Shown here piece after piece: positions 38,613 through 51,506 of a stretch of 64,000 nucleotides of DNA. The DNA lies in contig OX597825.1 in NCBI GenBank assembly GCA_951406725.2, positions 88,598,001-88,662,000 on the forward strand. Reading direction: 5' to 3'. The translations under genes and the position numbers were made by a program. A model generated the notes under the pieces. That model was not told where the DNA came from. It saw only the letters and a program-made list of their open reading frames with translations, and made no database searches. The DNA comes from Octopus vulgaris (lineage: Eukaryota). Within the stretch, counting starts at the first letter, position 1. Each line of letters starts with the position of its first letter.

Positions 38613-41600
38613 ACAATGGAACATGAAAAAGAAAGACTTCATCGTGGAACACATATTGCCAGGCATAGAGATGTGAGCTGCACAGTTATGATTCTTTGGA
38701 AGCCTGTAATTTCAGTATAGAGCTTTCTTTGTCGTGCCATTCTCAAAGTAAATACTTATTTGAATGCATTTATATCAATACCAATGTAATTAAAAATAAT
38801 ACTACAGGAACTGTATGGCAGTTATTGAGACTTAAATTCCTGATGTAACATACACATGAGATATCTAGTGAAACGTGTTATAAACAATAGCATGGTACAG
38901 CGGCATTATCTTCCTTTCTGATGTTCCTCTCAAGAAACTAGGTTGGTTATAAAGAACTATGTTAGTTCTTTCGATTTGCATCTCATGTGATCTAGATTCC
39001 TTAAAAGATCCATTAACTTCTGAAGATATATGACAGTTTACATTTGTGTAACGCCTCTCATACACAGAATAAACGCAGCAAGCTTTTTAAACAACTACTT
39101 AACTGCTGACATTTTCTGTCTTACATCCAGGTTGTAAAGAAACGTGGAGTAGTCATAGATTCTTACAGGTAGCGGTATTCTTTAGTATCATGTTATGTAG
39201 GCAAGAACCAATAGTTCAATAGGGCAGCTGTAAAAATTGAATATAGGTCACTTGGGCAGGCTAAATAAACAATAACTGCTAAAAGGCATTCTGTTTAAAT
39301 TTATATTTTCCGAGCGATAATGAGAATCAATAACGTTTTCCCGGTTACATTGTAAAAGAAAGAAAACTATTTTGAGAATATTGTTCATATAAAATGAAGG
39401 AACATACAAATAAATTGTATCTAGATTATTTGTCTTAGATCTATGTTTGTAGTATTTCTTTATAAAATTGACAAGTAGACGTATGGGACAATTTATAGAT
39501 TACTATTAGAACTATCTATTTTCATCGAGATAAATATACTTTAGGAAAAATTGATAACAGAATCTTTTCATCAAGTTTTTATTGATTAAAAATGTCATAA
39601 GTGATGTTCTTTGAATTTCGATTACATTTTTATAAGTTTGAAGAATCGTTTACGTCTGTGGTGATAATATTTTTGGATTACCGAATTAAATGCTTAAAAT
39701 GCAACAATGAGATGCTTAAATTAAAAATATAAAACATATTAACTCTTTCTTCATTTTAGTTGTTCATAAATTGCGCTCCATTAAACTGAAGTTAGGGTAA
39801 AAAGTATACACACACACACATATATATATATATATTTACATATATTATAGTGACATGAAACAAACCAATTATTTCAATCTGTCTCTCATTCTTCATTCCT
39901 TGTACTTATAAAGGATTTGCAATAATGTCTTTGTAAATAATTTCCATCTGCTTATTAACAGGAACGAGGACAACAACAACAGCAGCAACAGATTTGTCAA
40001 GGAGATAATTAAGAGTAAGTTGATTAAAAAAAAATCCCAGTAAATATCCACGGTTGTTTATCCTATTTTGTAGAAAAATTATATTTTATTATACACAATA
40101 TCAGACTCTTTCGGAATTTCATTGGATATAGAATTGGTTCGATACTTATTGTATTAGTCTTAGTAGAGAAGATTATTATGTGTAATATCTTGAACTGATT
40201 TCGTATGTCTCTACCAATAATGAGTACTTCAAATTTAGCAGGTTAATTACTTTAAATTTGATATTGGTGCTGCTATAAAATATATAAGTATTATTGTTTG
40301 GGAATGCCACTTGATTAGAATTACAGGTTAGATAACTTTGGCTTATTTAAATTCCATTTCTTACCCATTACCATTAGAATCCCGTAAACTTCTAACATAA
40401 CTTTTCTGTTTATAACATATCCTGAAATCTTGTCCGGTTATAAATATGGAAATTAAACCCAGGTTTCCCTATGGCTTCTTTTCAGGTGACAACAAAGAAC
40501 TCTGAAGAATGTGACCGGAAGATAAATGATACTTGGATAATGCTTGGGCAGAATCATTCGAAGGAAAAGGAACAGAATGTCTTATGATATTTGTCCCTGC
40601 GATTTGTAAATTGTCTTTCATTAAATCGAGATCAAATAACTACCAGATACACACTAACCCCTTCTCTGTGCCCCCAACACACTGGTTCTTCTTTGAATGT
40701 TTCTACAGAAGTGGGGACAGAAAGGGAAATTGAGATCCCTTTCCAGAAGCATTTCATAACATCACTTACAACACTGTTAAAATAAATCACGTGCACAAAT
40801 GCACTCACGCATGCGCACACAAACATACACACACACAGACATTGTAACGCAATGTATCTAAACAGAATGGAATCAGTCATAATTTAACGATTCTGCTGAA
40901 AGTATAACCTAGATATCGATCCACATCATGTCACTACATTACGTCATCCCATATTAACGAATAGGCTATCCTATACTACAATAGCAATTGAGCCAAATTC
41001 TTATTTGCTCAGCAGTTCGATATTTTCCGAATGAGTAATTCTCTGCGAGGGAAATCCAATGCATTGAACCTCCGAGGAAGCACATGCATCCCTACCCTGT
41101 GGGATTACCGTAAAACAGAGGGAATTTCCTTCAATAGGCAGAGGAAAATTATAACTTAAAAGAGTAAGCTATTCGTCAAATAGAGAACGATAGAATATGT
41201 ACCAAGAAACGTACTAATTTCAATATTTTCGACTAAAAATATTTGTGCTCCAGCATGGCTACAGTCAGTCATTGAAGCCAGTAATAAAAAAGAAAGAAAA
41301 TTATATCAAAATGTGAAGAAAATGTTTACTTAACACTTAAGTATTACTAAATTCAGCAAAAGTTGTCCTTAGTTCTTTTTCTTTTTCACATAGGCATTAA
41401 TGAATTATATTCTGTTTGGAACGTGTTAAATAAACACATGGAAACATGTTTCCTGTTAATACATTCCGAAGGTTCAAATTAGTTCTCTTGCACTGACGTG
41501 TATTGTGCAGATAATTCACTCTTAATTACATTTACGTCATATATATTTTATGATACGACCGTTTCTCCTTACTAGTTTGCCTTTTACATTTGTTTCTGTT

Positions 41601-42127
41601 AATGAAATAAATTATGTGAAGGCAGCAATAACATTTTCAACAACAAAATTTATTGGTTTCTCATTAATATCACTTTTCGTCATTGCTAAAATATTTAAAA
41701 CCTACAAGACATATTTTTAGATCTATAAGTTTGAAATTCTTTTTCATTTTGGAACGAGCTATCACCATTGTTCTATTTCTTTACCATCATAATCATCATC
41801 TTCACCACCGAAAACGCCACCGCCGCCGCCATCACCAGCACCACGATCATCATCATTTTAATCATCAAACATAAACATCCCATGTTCGTTCTCTTAGATA
41901 ATTAAATAAGATAGGCATTTTACGTAGAGGCTATGGAGTGTCGTGAACCTGAGACAAGCATGCATTGCTTGCTCAAATTACTTTGTATTTGGATCTGAAA
42001 TCCTATTCAACCATATTCGACATCACTTTTACTTGTACAAGGAGTGATACAGATAACTTGGGCATTGATATTCTATGAGTTTGGCCTCTCTTCCAAAGTA
42101 GTGTTTAGTGATCTTATTATTATTATT

Positions 42128-42469
42128 ATTGCATTCGTCTTAGCGGAAGTATTGTTTTCAATCGTGTTGTATTGTTTATTTGTTTGTTTGTCCGTGAACA
42201 AGATATCTCAAGAACCCCTGGATGGATTCGGATGAAACTTTCAGGAATGTTTGGCCTCGTAACTGGCACAAACCAATTAGATTTTGGGAACGCTCCTGTT
42301 TTTTGTATTTACTTTTTGTAGCAGTCGGGTTCATTTTTCAGTATTCTAGTTTGTGAGAGCAGACGAGCTTATTTCAGATATTCTCATTTCAAAAGTTATC
42401 ACTGGCTAATCGTTGAGAGGATGTTGGTGTTGCCTTGGCGGAGGTTTGCACTCCCTGAGTGCTCTTGTT
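42128..42469 (+). mobile_element. Helentron/DINE-1-like non-autonomous element (HINE)
   Basis: 5' palindromic subterminal ttcgtcttagcggaa, (GTTT)n tract, 3' gccttggcggagg plus terminal hairpin gcactc-cct-gagtgc and T-rich end. Confidence 0.6.
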
Positions 42470-42559
42470 ATTGTTTTACTTCTCAGAAAACACCGTCTCG
42501 TTTGCTCCGGTTGATTCTGTGCGAGTGGCCAGCTGCCTGCTGTCAAGGATCTCACACGG

Positions 42560-43700
42560 TCTCTTTCAGCGCATTATAAGCTTTGATACTCGGCTCTTAA
42601 TTATCGTGGGAGACATTCAACATCCAAGCACCAATCTCAAAATCTGAGCTGTCTCCAACAAGGTAGCTTTTTGAGGTTTACTCTGTTCTCATGTCAGATC
42701 GGATCTCTCTGACATATTTCTCCAACTTGGTTTTAGCATTCCGAGTACCCCTACAACAACTGGAATGACAGACACTCGACTCGTAGTCCACATTCTTGCA
42801 ATTTCACTTTTCTATAGTCTGTACTTTTCAAAGGTTCTAGTTGTTTATCCCTTATGCGTGTCTCCTCAGGTATTGCAATATCTAAAATCACCTTATCAAC
42901 CGCAACAATGTCTGGTCTCCGGACATTGATTAGGGAGTCATATTGGGTTGTAAAATCACACAATACCTTATATTTATTGTGACTTCTTCCGGTCCATTTT
43001 TGTACCATTTCCGTTTTTTGTCCAGGTCGTACTGTTCACACAGTCTCCAGTGAAAAGCCTCAGCCACGTTAACATGCCTTCTTTTGTAATGCTTTTGGGC
43101 CTGCTTGCTACATTCACTCACAATATGTGAGAGTGTGAGATTGCTTCGTCTTTGCTGCCAAGTAACCTACAAAGGGCGATTCGCTGCTCTTATCTATTTG
43201 GAACTTTGTGTAATTTGTTATCAGAGCTTCTGCCTAGGTGCTGCATATCAATGCCTCAGTGCTTCCTTTCAGATCACTTTTGCGTCGCCATCTCCGGCAA
43301 GCAATGATTCACTCTGCTGCTAAGACAGGTCTTTTAGTTGACATATCTTGCATCCTATGAAGTCTCTTCCTCCTTTGTTCCTAGTAACATAGAGCTTGTC
43401 AATATCGCTTTTTCGGTGTAGTTATCATCAATTTTCTAGTTATCCCCTTCATTTCCTAAAGCGCCTTCTTTGTCCACCCAACAACACCTGCCCTAAATAG
43501 CATCAAGGAAACAGTCCATGCGTTCATTGCCCAGAGTTTGTTTTATTCATTGAGATTACTTCCAATACTTAGTCTGGTTCTTCTCAGATACTCTCTCCTC
43601 AAGCTTCCCTTCATTTCACTTTCCTTGATTTTCTCATATTCCAAGATACTCAGATATCCATCAGTCTCCCTAGTGAACTTATATTTCATTGATCAGAATA
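42560..43700 (-). mobile_element. R4/Dong-like non-LTR retrotransposon remnant (RT C-terminus and restriction-like endonuclease)
   Basis: SECSKQAQKHYKRRHVNVAEAFHWRLC (end of CCHC plus RH motif) and RRPDIVAVDKVILDIAIP (PD..D endonuclease). Confidence 0.8.
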
Positions 43701-44589
43701 TTTTGTTTTCAGGTGAGTAATGGTAGGTGTGGGAAAGGTTATAAAACCTGTATAATTATAAATATAGCAACAGTTATATCTTCTCAATCTTCTGCAGTTA
43801 ATAAAACACACTACTTTTATGCTAATAGTTATGTTATGTTTTGCTACCCACTATGCTCCCACCAGCTGATTCATTAGAGCTTTATTAAGTATTTTGAGAC
43901 TTGAAATGGGAATGTTCCATATGTCTGAGGAATTTAAAACGTGTTTCGGGGTCTGCTACCACAAGAGCTCTTTTATAGGATCCAGTTAGCTCAAGACATC
44001 ATCAGGAGGAACCACGTCCAGTTTCAACCCCTACTCCCCTACCGTTTTGACGTGGCGGGGCCCCTCCTTTCGGAGGTGTCTTCAGCTCTGGTGTTGGGTG
44101 CATGTCTTCTTTCTTCTTTCTTCTGTTCCCTGGCCCCTTCAGTGTCGTGTCAACGAGTGTCAGCGGGCGACTGACTGCCTTGTCCATTTTTCCCCTTTAA
44201 ATACCCATTGTCAGACTCCAGCAGGCAGCCCCACCAAGTTGTCACGTGACACTGTCTCAACTTTAACTGACCAATGAAGGCGCGTAGCCTTAGCCCACGC
44301 GTTCTCTTTAAATCCACTCTATTCATTTTAGAGAACTTAATGTCTCAGCTCGCATTTCAGCTCCCATAAATATAGTTTTCTATATTTCTTTGGAAAAGTT
44401 ACCAATTCTTTAACTGTTTATGCCAATTAAACTATTTGCTTATCTCGTTTATTTAAAAAAAAACATTACCCATGTTTTAAAACAAAAATTGATTTCATCT
44501 TTAGTTTCTCGTTTTGCAAATAGGATACAAAATTGAATTTTATTGCTTGTTGGTCATTATAATTTTATTATTTATCCATAATTTTGTTA

Positions 44590-44820
44590 TTTCTTTATTG
44601 CCCACAAGGGGCTAAACATAGCGGAGACAAACAAGGACAGACAAAGGAATTAAGTCGATTACATCGACCCCAGTGCGTAACAGGTACTTAATTTATCGAC
44701 CCCAGAAGGATGAAAGGCAAAGTCGACCTCGGCGGAATTTGAACTCAGAACGTAAAGACAGACGAAATACCGCTAAGCATTTCGCCCGGCATGGTAACGT
44801 TTTTGCTAGCTCGCCGCCTT
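44590..44820 (-). mobile_element. tRNA-derived SINE family 4, full length
   Basis: Reverse complement aaggcggcgagctagcaaaaacgtt...gagttcaaattccgccgaggtcgactttgcctttcatcc; same family as 49721-50290. Confidence 0.85.
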
Positions 44821-46032
44821 AATTTATCCATGATGTTCTATGATTGTTTTCTAATATCGATTATTTTTCTTCCCTTGACTAGGTCTTAAAATAATACCTC
44901 ACTTATAAATATAGGAATGTTAGAAATAGGGCTATTTAATTTATTTCGCAAGATTTTCTTCTCTGCGTTTATAAGTTTGTAATCTATACGGCAACAAATG
45001 TTTTAATTCGTGTTACTTCAGTTCCACGTGTGATACGTTAACGGGTTCATGGTCCAACACATTTAATTTCCTGTGTTTTATTATTTCAAATGTTTTCAAG
45101 TTTCTTTTGATGTTCAAAATCACGGTACGCATAATTTATATGAGATTCGCCGTATATAGTTATAATATGTTTTCTAGTTCTAGACGCGGTAAAAAAAAAA
45201 AAAGAATTTGGTTTCTTGTATATTAGAAAAGTATCGGATTTGATTTTTCATTTTCGTTTTCAAAGTTAGATATCGTTTTTATCTATGGAAATGTTATTTG
45301 TAAAATCCGTTCTAGCGGAATCATTAATTTATAAATGACTCTTTAGGAATTTCATATAAAATGAACAGTTGAATAAATAGGTTTTCTGATTTTCTTTTAT
45401 GTCCCTATTTGTACAGCTTAGATATTTCACAATATGTGTTTGTCCTGTCACTCATCTAACAAGATTGTATTGAAAATGTACTTTAGACAGGAGTTATTAT
45501 TTCATAATTATAGAGAACATTTTTGTTAAATTACCGTATTGTAGTTTCTGTGCAAATATATTCTATAATGTATATATTCTCTGTGTAACTATGAATAGTA
45601 ATATTTTTAGTGGTAATACTCATTTTGATTATTCTCATTTTGATGCAGTTATTTATCAGACTCTCTATCCAAATTTCTCAAACCAGAATGATGTTGCAAA
45701 CTGAATTTCACAGTGATAAAGGAGAGACAGTACTTGGACGGAATGAATACAACTTTGAAAAAGAACAGTGGCTGGAACCAGACACGAACAGAATGAAATC
45801 TAATCTCGATTTCATAGGAAATTAAAGCAATTACTGAAGGATATCAGAAAGTAATGAATATGTAATTATAAAAGAAACGCGTTTATATATGAGTCAGCGA
45901 GAAGTAAATGCTTTTAGTATGACAGCAAGTTACTTTGAATATATATTTTAATAAAGAATCCATAAAATCATATATTATAAATGCCTCAGCGCTGCATATA
46001 TAAGAATCTGGCCGTGTGTAAATCTATGTGTG

Positions 46033-46063
<31 letters not shown>

Positions 46064-46127
46064 ATATATGATTGATTGATTGATTCTAGTTTCAGCTCAT
46101 GAGCTGTGGCCATGCTGGGGCACCGCC

Positions 46128-46179
<52 letters not shown>

Positions 46180-46439
46180 GCAAACACACACATACGCATA
46201 CCCACACATGCACACTCATGTGTGCGTGTGTGTGCGTTCAGACGTAACCTTGCTTGACCAATCGCACCCCAAGTTACAGTAATAATAATCAACTTTTGCC
46301 ATTCAAGTTCAAAATGGCTGACGATTAACATCCCGGTTGAAAGAATCGTAGTAACAAATTTCGGTCAAACTGTGTTGGTCCATACATGTGACTCCCAATA
46401 AATTGGTTGAGTGACTTTCTTTCGTTTTCCCACTCACCC

Positions 46440-46471
<32 letters not shown>

Positions 46472-46580
46472 GCATGTGCGTGTGTATGTGTATATATATA
46501 TATTTATATATGCGTGTGCGTGTGTATGTATGCGCCTACATATAAGTATATATATATGTACATGTACATATATAAATATA

Positions 46581-47838
46581 CAGCGTGCGTAATGTATTGG
46601 AAATATCTTATGTAGGGTCATTATTGAATTTTTTGCTACATCTGTATAATCTTTGTTCCAGAAAATAATAAGGGCAAGCCCGTAGCTTACTCAAGAAATG
46701 AGGAGGCATGCTGTTATTGTGGTTATAAAGGATTAGCATAGCGATTAAAGATTATCTAATTTTTTACAGTTCTCCGGATCTTTCATCGACGAAGTTTCTA
46801 AGGAGCTAGAGACGGTAAATGGAAGCGTATTACCAGTATCAAAGCATAAAAAGCATTCTAAACGCACTGAAACCAACAGACCGCCTGAATTTATTCAGCA
46901 AGTTCAACAGCCCATTGATTACAATTCCAGAAAATCCATGAGGTCAATTAAAAAAGATCTCCATGTCTCAGAAGAAGCAGTCAGAAATGTAGTCCACGAA
47001 GGCATCAGATAGAAACATTGTATGGTAAGAAAATTTCAGTTTGTCACAAAAAGCAAAAGAAAATCGCTACATTAGGTCTAAAAAGCTCTTAAAGAAACTG
47101 AAAAATCCTGCAGAAGAAGATTTGATTTGTTTTTTTCTCAAACGAGAAAGACTTTGATAAAGATTAAAAAGTTAACAGAAGAAATGACAGATAGTTAGGT
47201 GCACACCCTTCTGAAGTTCAAAGTGTTATGCATACAAAATTTCCTTCAACTGTAATGGCTTTAGGGGTTGTCGGCAATGAAGAACATATGATGCCTCGTT
47301 ACTTCTTTCCATAAGTCATTAGAGTCATCCGCACTGCCTACACGGGGTCTTGGACATAATTGTTAAGCCCGGGATAGATAGTGTATGTAATGGAAGGCCA
47401 TATGTGTTTCAGAAGACTCTGCACTATCACACATGGCTCAAGTAACACTGGAATGGATGGCTGAAAATGTTCATGATCACATGATCCATAACATTTGGCC
47501 TCCTAATTCTCCAGATATCAATCCATTGGACTATTATATGCGGAGCGTTGTTGAGAGAGAGGTCAATAAACACACCCATAACACCAAAGATTCTTTGAAA
47601 ACTGCCATAATCCGAGTAATGTGCAAAATGAAGCAGAACCACTTGATTCGAACATGTGGATGATTTAGATCTCATAGAAGCAGTTGTTGAAGCTGAAGGT
47701 GGTTTTATTGAATGACATTATAGAAAAGAAGGTTTTATTTTTATCCTCATAGCATTTTTGATAAATATAACTATTATTTGTTATTATATATCTTTTTTTT
47801 TTATAAACATGAATCTCTCCTCAAATATCTTACGCACC

Positions 47839-47841
<3 letters not shown>
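46581..47841 (+). mobile_element. Tc1/mariner DD37D (maT) DNA transposon, full length but decayed
   Basis: TIRs cagcgtgcgtaa / ttacgcaccctg after TA; D(47415)SALSHMA...WPPNSPDINPLD has 37 residues between the second and third catalytic D; many stops. Confidence 0.88.
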
Positions 47842-47917
<76 letters not shown>

Positions 47918-48206
47918 TACATACATTATAACCCAAACGACTTCCTCAGGTGCCATGTAACCTGAATTACTAAACTCACTAAAAAATCTCTGGTATTGAA
48001 CAGAATATTTGATGTAGCCCATCCTTTATACAAAGACAGAGCAATGTACACGATAACACTTCGAATCAATTAAGTTGAGAAGCCATGAAATGCACGGCCT
48101 CGCACTGCAGCAGGGCATTTATTATTAGTACTATTCACTCGTTTCTTCACGTATGTCATGTTGTTTGCACAGTTGGTGACGTCCTGTACCCATATATGTG
48201 TACATG

Positions 48207-48249
<43 letters not shown>

Positions 48250-48254
<5 letters not shown>

Positions 48255-48510
48255 GAAATGAGGTAATCAGAAGATTGGATGGTTTGTATTTACAGATATT
48301 TATTTATATATTACATTTTTTTACATATATATCATATCACTTAGTTCATTAGCGCTTTCTCCCATTCTACTGGGGTTTTCAAATGAAAATAAGTTCCTTT
48401 GTGGGGAATTTTAATCATTTTATAGTTTCTGGTTGTGGTGGGGAGGAATGTAAGACAGTACAAGAGGGTGAGGTGGATGGGGAGAAAGTGAGAAGGAGAA
48501 CATGTGTGTA

Positions 48511-48541
<31 letters not shown>

Positions 48542-48780
48542 TTGTATCTGAGGTGATGCTAAAGAGAAAGAGGGGAAGGGAGAGGGAAGAAGAAGGAAAT
48601 AAGTTTTTGGGTCTGCTGGACAGGATATTGACTTCAAGGGGTTTCAGTTTTGACCATTTCACACTGTGTCATTGAGTGTGTGATGGTAGGGAGGTAAGCC
48701 ATAAATTATATTTCCTTTTAACATTGTTGGGATGGTCAAATGTCTTTTTGGGTTTTTAAGAATTCTTATCACTTTGTATG
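48250..48780 (-). mobile_element. PLE pseudo-LTR remnant with hammerhead motifs
   Basis: Next to (TA)n; intact minimal hammerhead at 48345-48387 followed by AATAAA on the minus strand. Confidence 0.6.
48345..48387 (-). ncRNA. Minimal type I hammerhead, U3-A8 core variant
   Basis: UUCAU-UUGAAAA-C-CCCA(GUAGAA)UGGG-A-GAAA-GCGC-UA^-AUGAA. Confidence 0.65.
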
Positions 48781-49341
48781 ATCGTTTTGTGGAGGTGTGT
48801 GTGTGCGTGTCTGTGTGTGTGTTTGTGTGTGTGTGTGTGTGCATGTGCGCGTGTCTGTGTAAGCATGTATATATATATATAGTGACATTGAAGAACACAT
48901 CTTGCATTTTTTTGTCTCTCTCCCCTTCTCCAAACACACAGACACGCGTACATGTCAGAGTTTGTGTATTGGTTTATAATAAACTATGAGTGAGGGTTGC
49001 TAGACAGTCTACACTGGCCTACTTCATAATGAAAATGATATTGTATGCAAACAAATACAAAGTAAAATGAATGGAATTATAGTTGTAGGACACTTGTTCA
49101 AAGGAATGAGACAATTATAGTGAGAACGGATATTATATATGTATGTATATATATATATGTATGTGTGTGTGGGGTGTATGTGTGTGTGTGTGCGTGTGTG
49201 TGTATGTGAGTGTGTGCGTGCGTATGTGTGTGTGTATATATATGTATATATATATATATGTATGTGTATACATATATATATATATATGTATGTATGCATG
49301 TGTATATATATATGTATGTATGTGTGTATGTATATATATGT

Positions 49342-49394
<53 letters not shown>

Positions 49395-49720
49395 AAATAT
49401 TAGCATATTAGCGATCAGACAGCGCCAGACAAGGAGGGAGTTGAGACGTGACATAGGTGGCGAGTAACAAAAACATAACGAACAAGTATAAAGTATAAAG
49501 TAAAGGACGAAATCGAATCTAGTGAACAAATAGTTACAAAACATAAGTACATAGAAAAAAAAAGATATGGCTGCCTTCGGTGCTGGCACGTCAGTAATTT
49601 ACTGAAGATTGCCGGTTAACCATAGTAACCACAAGATCATTCTGGATGGCAAATTTTATATATTATATCTTTTAATGTAACGCAGAGATGCTACAATCAG
49701 CATTATTAGCATTTAGAGAA

Positions 49721-50290
49721 AGGCGGCGTGGTGGCAGAAACGTTAGCACGCCAGGCGAAATGCGTAGCCGTATTTCGTCTGCCGTTACGTTCTGAGTTCA
49801 AATTCCACCGAGGTTTTATTTTGCCTTTCATCCTTTCGGGGTCGATAAATTAAGTACCATTTGCGCACTGGGGTCGATATAATCGACTTAATCCGTTTAT
49901 CTGTCCTTTTTGTCTCCTCTGTGATCAGCCCCTTCTAGGTAGTAAACAAATAGGTGTTCCGCCTGCCGCTACGTTCTGAGTTCAAATTCTGCCGAGGTCG
50001 ACTTTGCCTTTCATCCTTTCGGAGTCGATTAAATAAGTACCAGTTACGCACTGGGGTCGATATAATCAACTTAATCCGTTTGTCTGTCCTTGTTTGTCTC
50101 CTCTGTGTTTAGCCCCTTGTGGGTAGAAAATAAATAGCTATTTCGTCTGTCTTTGTGTTCTGAGTTCAAATTCTGCCGAGGTCGATTTTGCCTTTCATCC
50201 TTTCGGGATCGATTAACTAGTTGCGTATGGGTTCGATCTAATCAACTGACCCGTCTCCCTCAAAATGTTGAGTCGTGTGCCTAGAGAGGA
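49721..50290 (+). mobile_element. SINE family 4, head-to-tail partial trimer
   Basis: ttctgagttcaaatt...tttgcctttcatcctttcgg occurs three times, about 185 bp apart. Confidence 0.85.
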
Positions 50291-50445
50291 AAATCTTATT
50301 CTCATTTGGAGGGCATTTAATTACGTGGTATTCGAGCAAAAAACCCAGGTTTAAGTATTACAGCCAAATTTATGCGTTTCTGTAATTCCGAGTAATTACA
50401 TATCAATTAGTCACAGGAATGTAAAAAGTTGTACAGATCGATATA

Positions 50446-50560
<115 letters not shown>

Positions 50561-50652
50561 AAAACTTAGATAAAACTTAGATATGTTTCGACCAATTTCG
50601 AGAGTAGGATATACGAATTTCTCCAGAGGTTGGTCAGAGAGATTGCAAGTTG

Positions 50653-50701
<49 letters not shown>

Positions 50702-51106
50702 TTGAGTTGTGGGGTATCGCACGATTGTGTGTATATATATGTGTGTGACAAACAGACGCTGTCTGACCAGCAGGCACGGACACATCTATTCACACCCGCA
50801 TACTAACCTCCTGATAACCCCAAAATCATTCATGCATAAAGGGGAAGTATACACCACATTGGCTACTTCTTCTGTTCTCTCAGTTCAGCCTTTCTACTAA
50901 TACTGACAGGTCAGTAAAAACATACTTAAAATATTCTGAGATGTACAAAAAATCCATTTTAATTTTCGCTGTCAAAACGCTGTATATATATACCAAAGAT
51001 TGTATATATATACATGTAATGTGACAATTTGCGACAACCAATAATTAACGCAACCAATTCCCAATAATATATTTGTTTTATCCTTTTCTGCCAAATTTTC
51101 CCAAAT

Positions 51107-51331
51107 AATGTGACAATTATGTATAAAAAAACATTTTTGAATTCATAATATCCAATGTGACAATTATGTAAAAAACTTTTTTGAATGCATAATATTCAAT
51201 GTGACAATTATGTAAAAAACTTTTTTTGAACCCATAATATCCAATGTGACAATTATGTAAAAAACTTTTTTGAATGCATAATATTCAATGTGACAATTAT
51301 GTAAAAAACTTTTTTTGAACCCATATTATTC
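51107..51331 (+). repeat. Five tandem 44-47 bp units inside the pLTR
   Basis: Units start aatgtgacaattatgta at 51107, 51154, 51198, 51243, 51287; duplicated at 56924-57148. Confidence 0.92.
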
Positions 51332-51349
51332 AATGTTTCCTTAAATGTA

Positions 51350-51390
51350 ACTTTTGACAATCTTTTACCAAAGAGTGAAACCGGTTAAGT
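51350..51390 (+). ncRNA. Minimal type I hammerhead (U3-A8 variant) in the 5' pLTR
   Basis: ACUU-UUGACAA-UCUUU(UACC)AAAGA-GU-GAAA-CCGG-UU^-AAGU; palindromic ACCGGU helix III typical of PLE hammerheads; AATAAA at 51392. Confidence 0.65.
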
Positions 51391-51506
51391 AAATAAACAT
51401 CGTTTAAATTGCATTTTCAAACCTTTTTTCTTATATAATCCCACTCGTGCGATACCCCACAACTCAACTTTTTTATATATATATAAACATCACACGAGTC
51501 CCGAAA

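Larger units (their letters stand above)
50725..51437 (+). repeat. 5' pseudo-LTR (713 bp)
   Basis: Matches 56542-57254 at offset 5817; I saw only 2 substitutions. Confidence 0.95.

Noticed and set aside
51107-51331. CRISPR-like array
   Set aside because: Units are contiguous near-identical repeats without unique spacers; eukaryotic context and no cas genes.
51107-51331. SECIS elements (as in selenoprotein-encoding PLEs)
   Set aside because: GUGA-stem-AA loop is superficially similar, but the 3' GA of the quartet is missing and neither ORF has an in-frame TGA.
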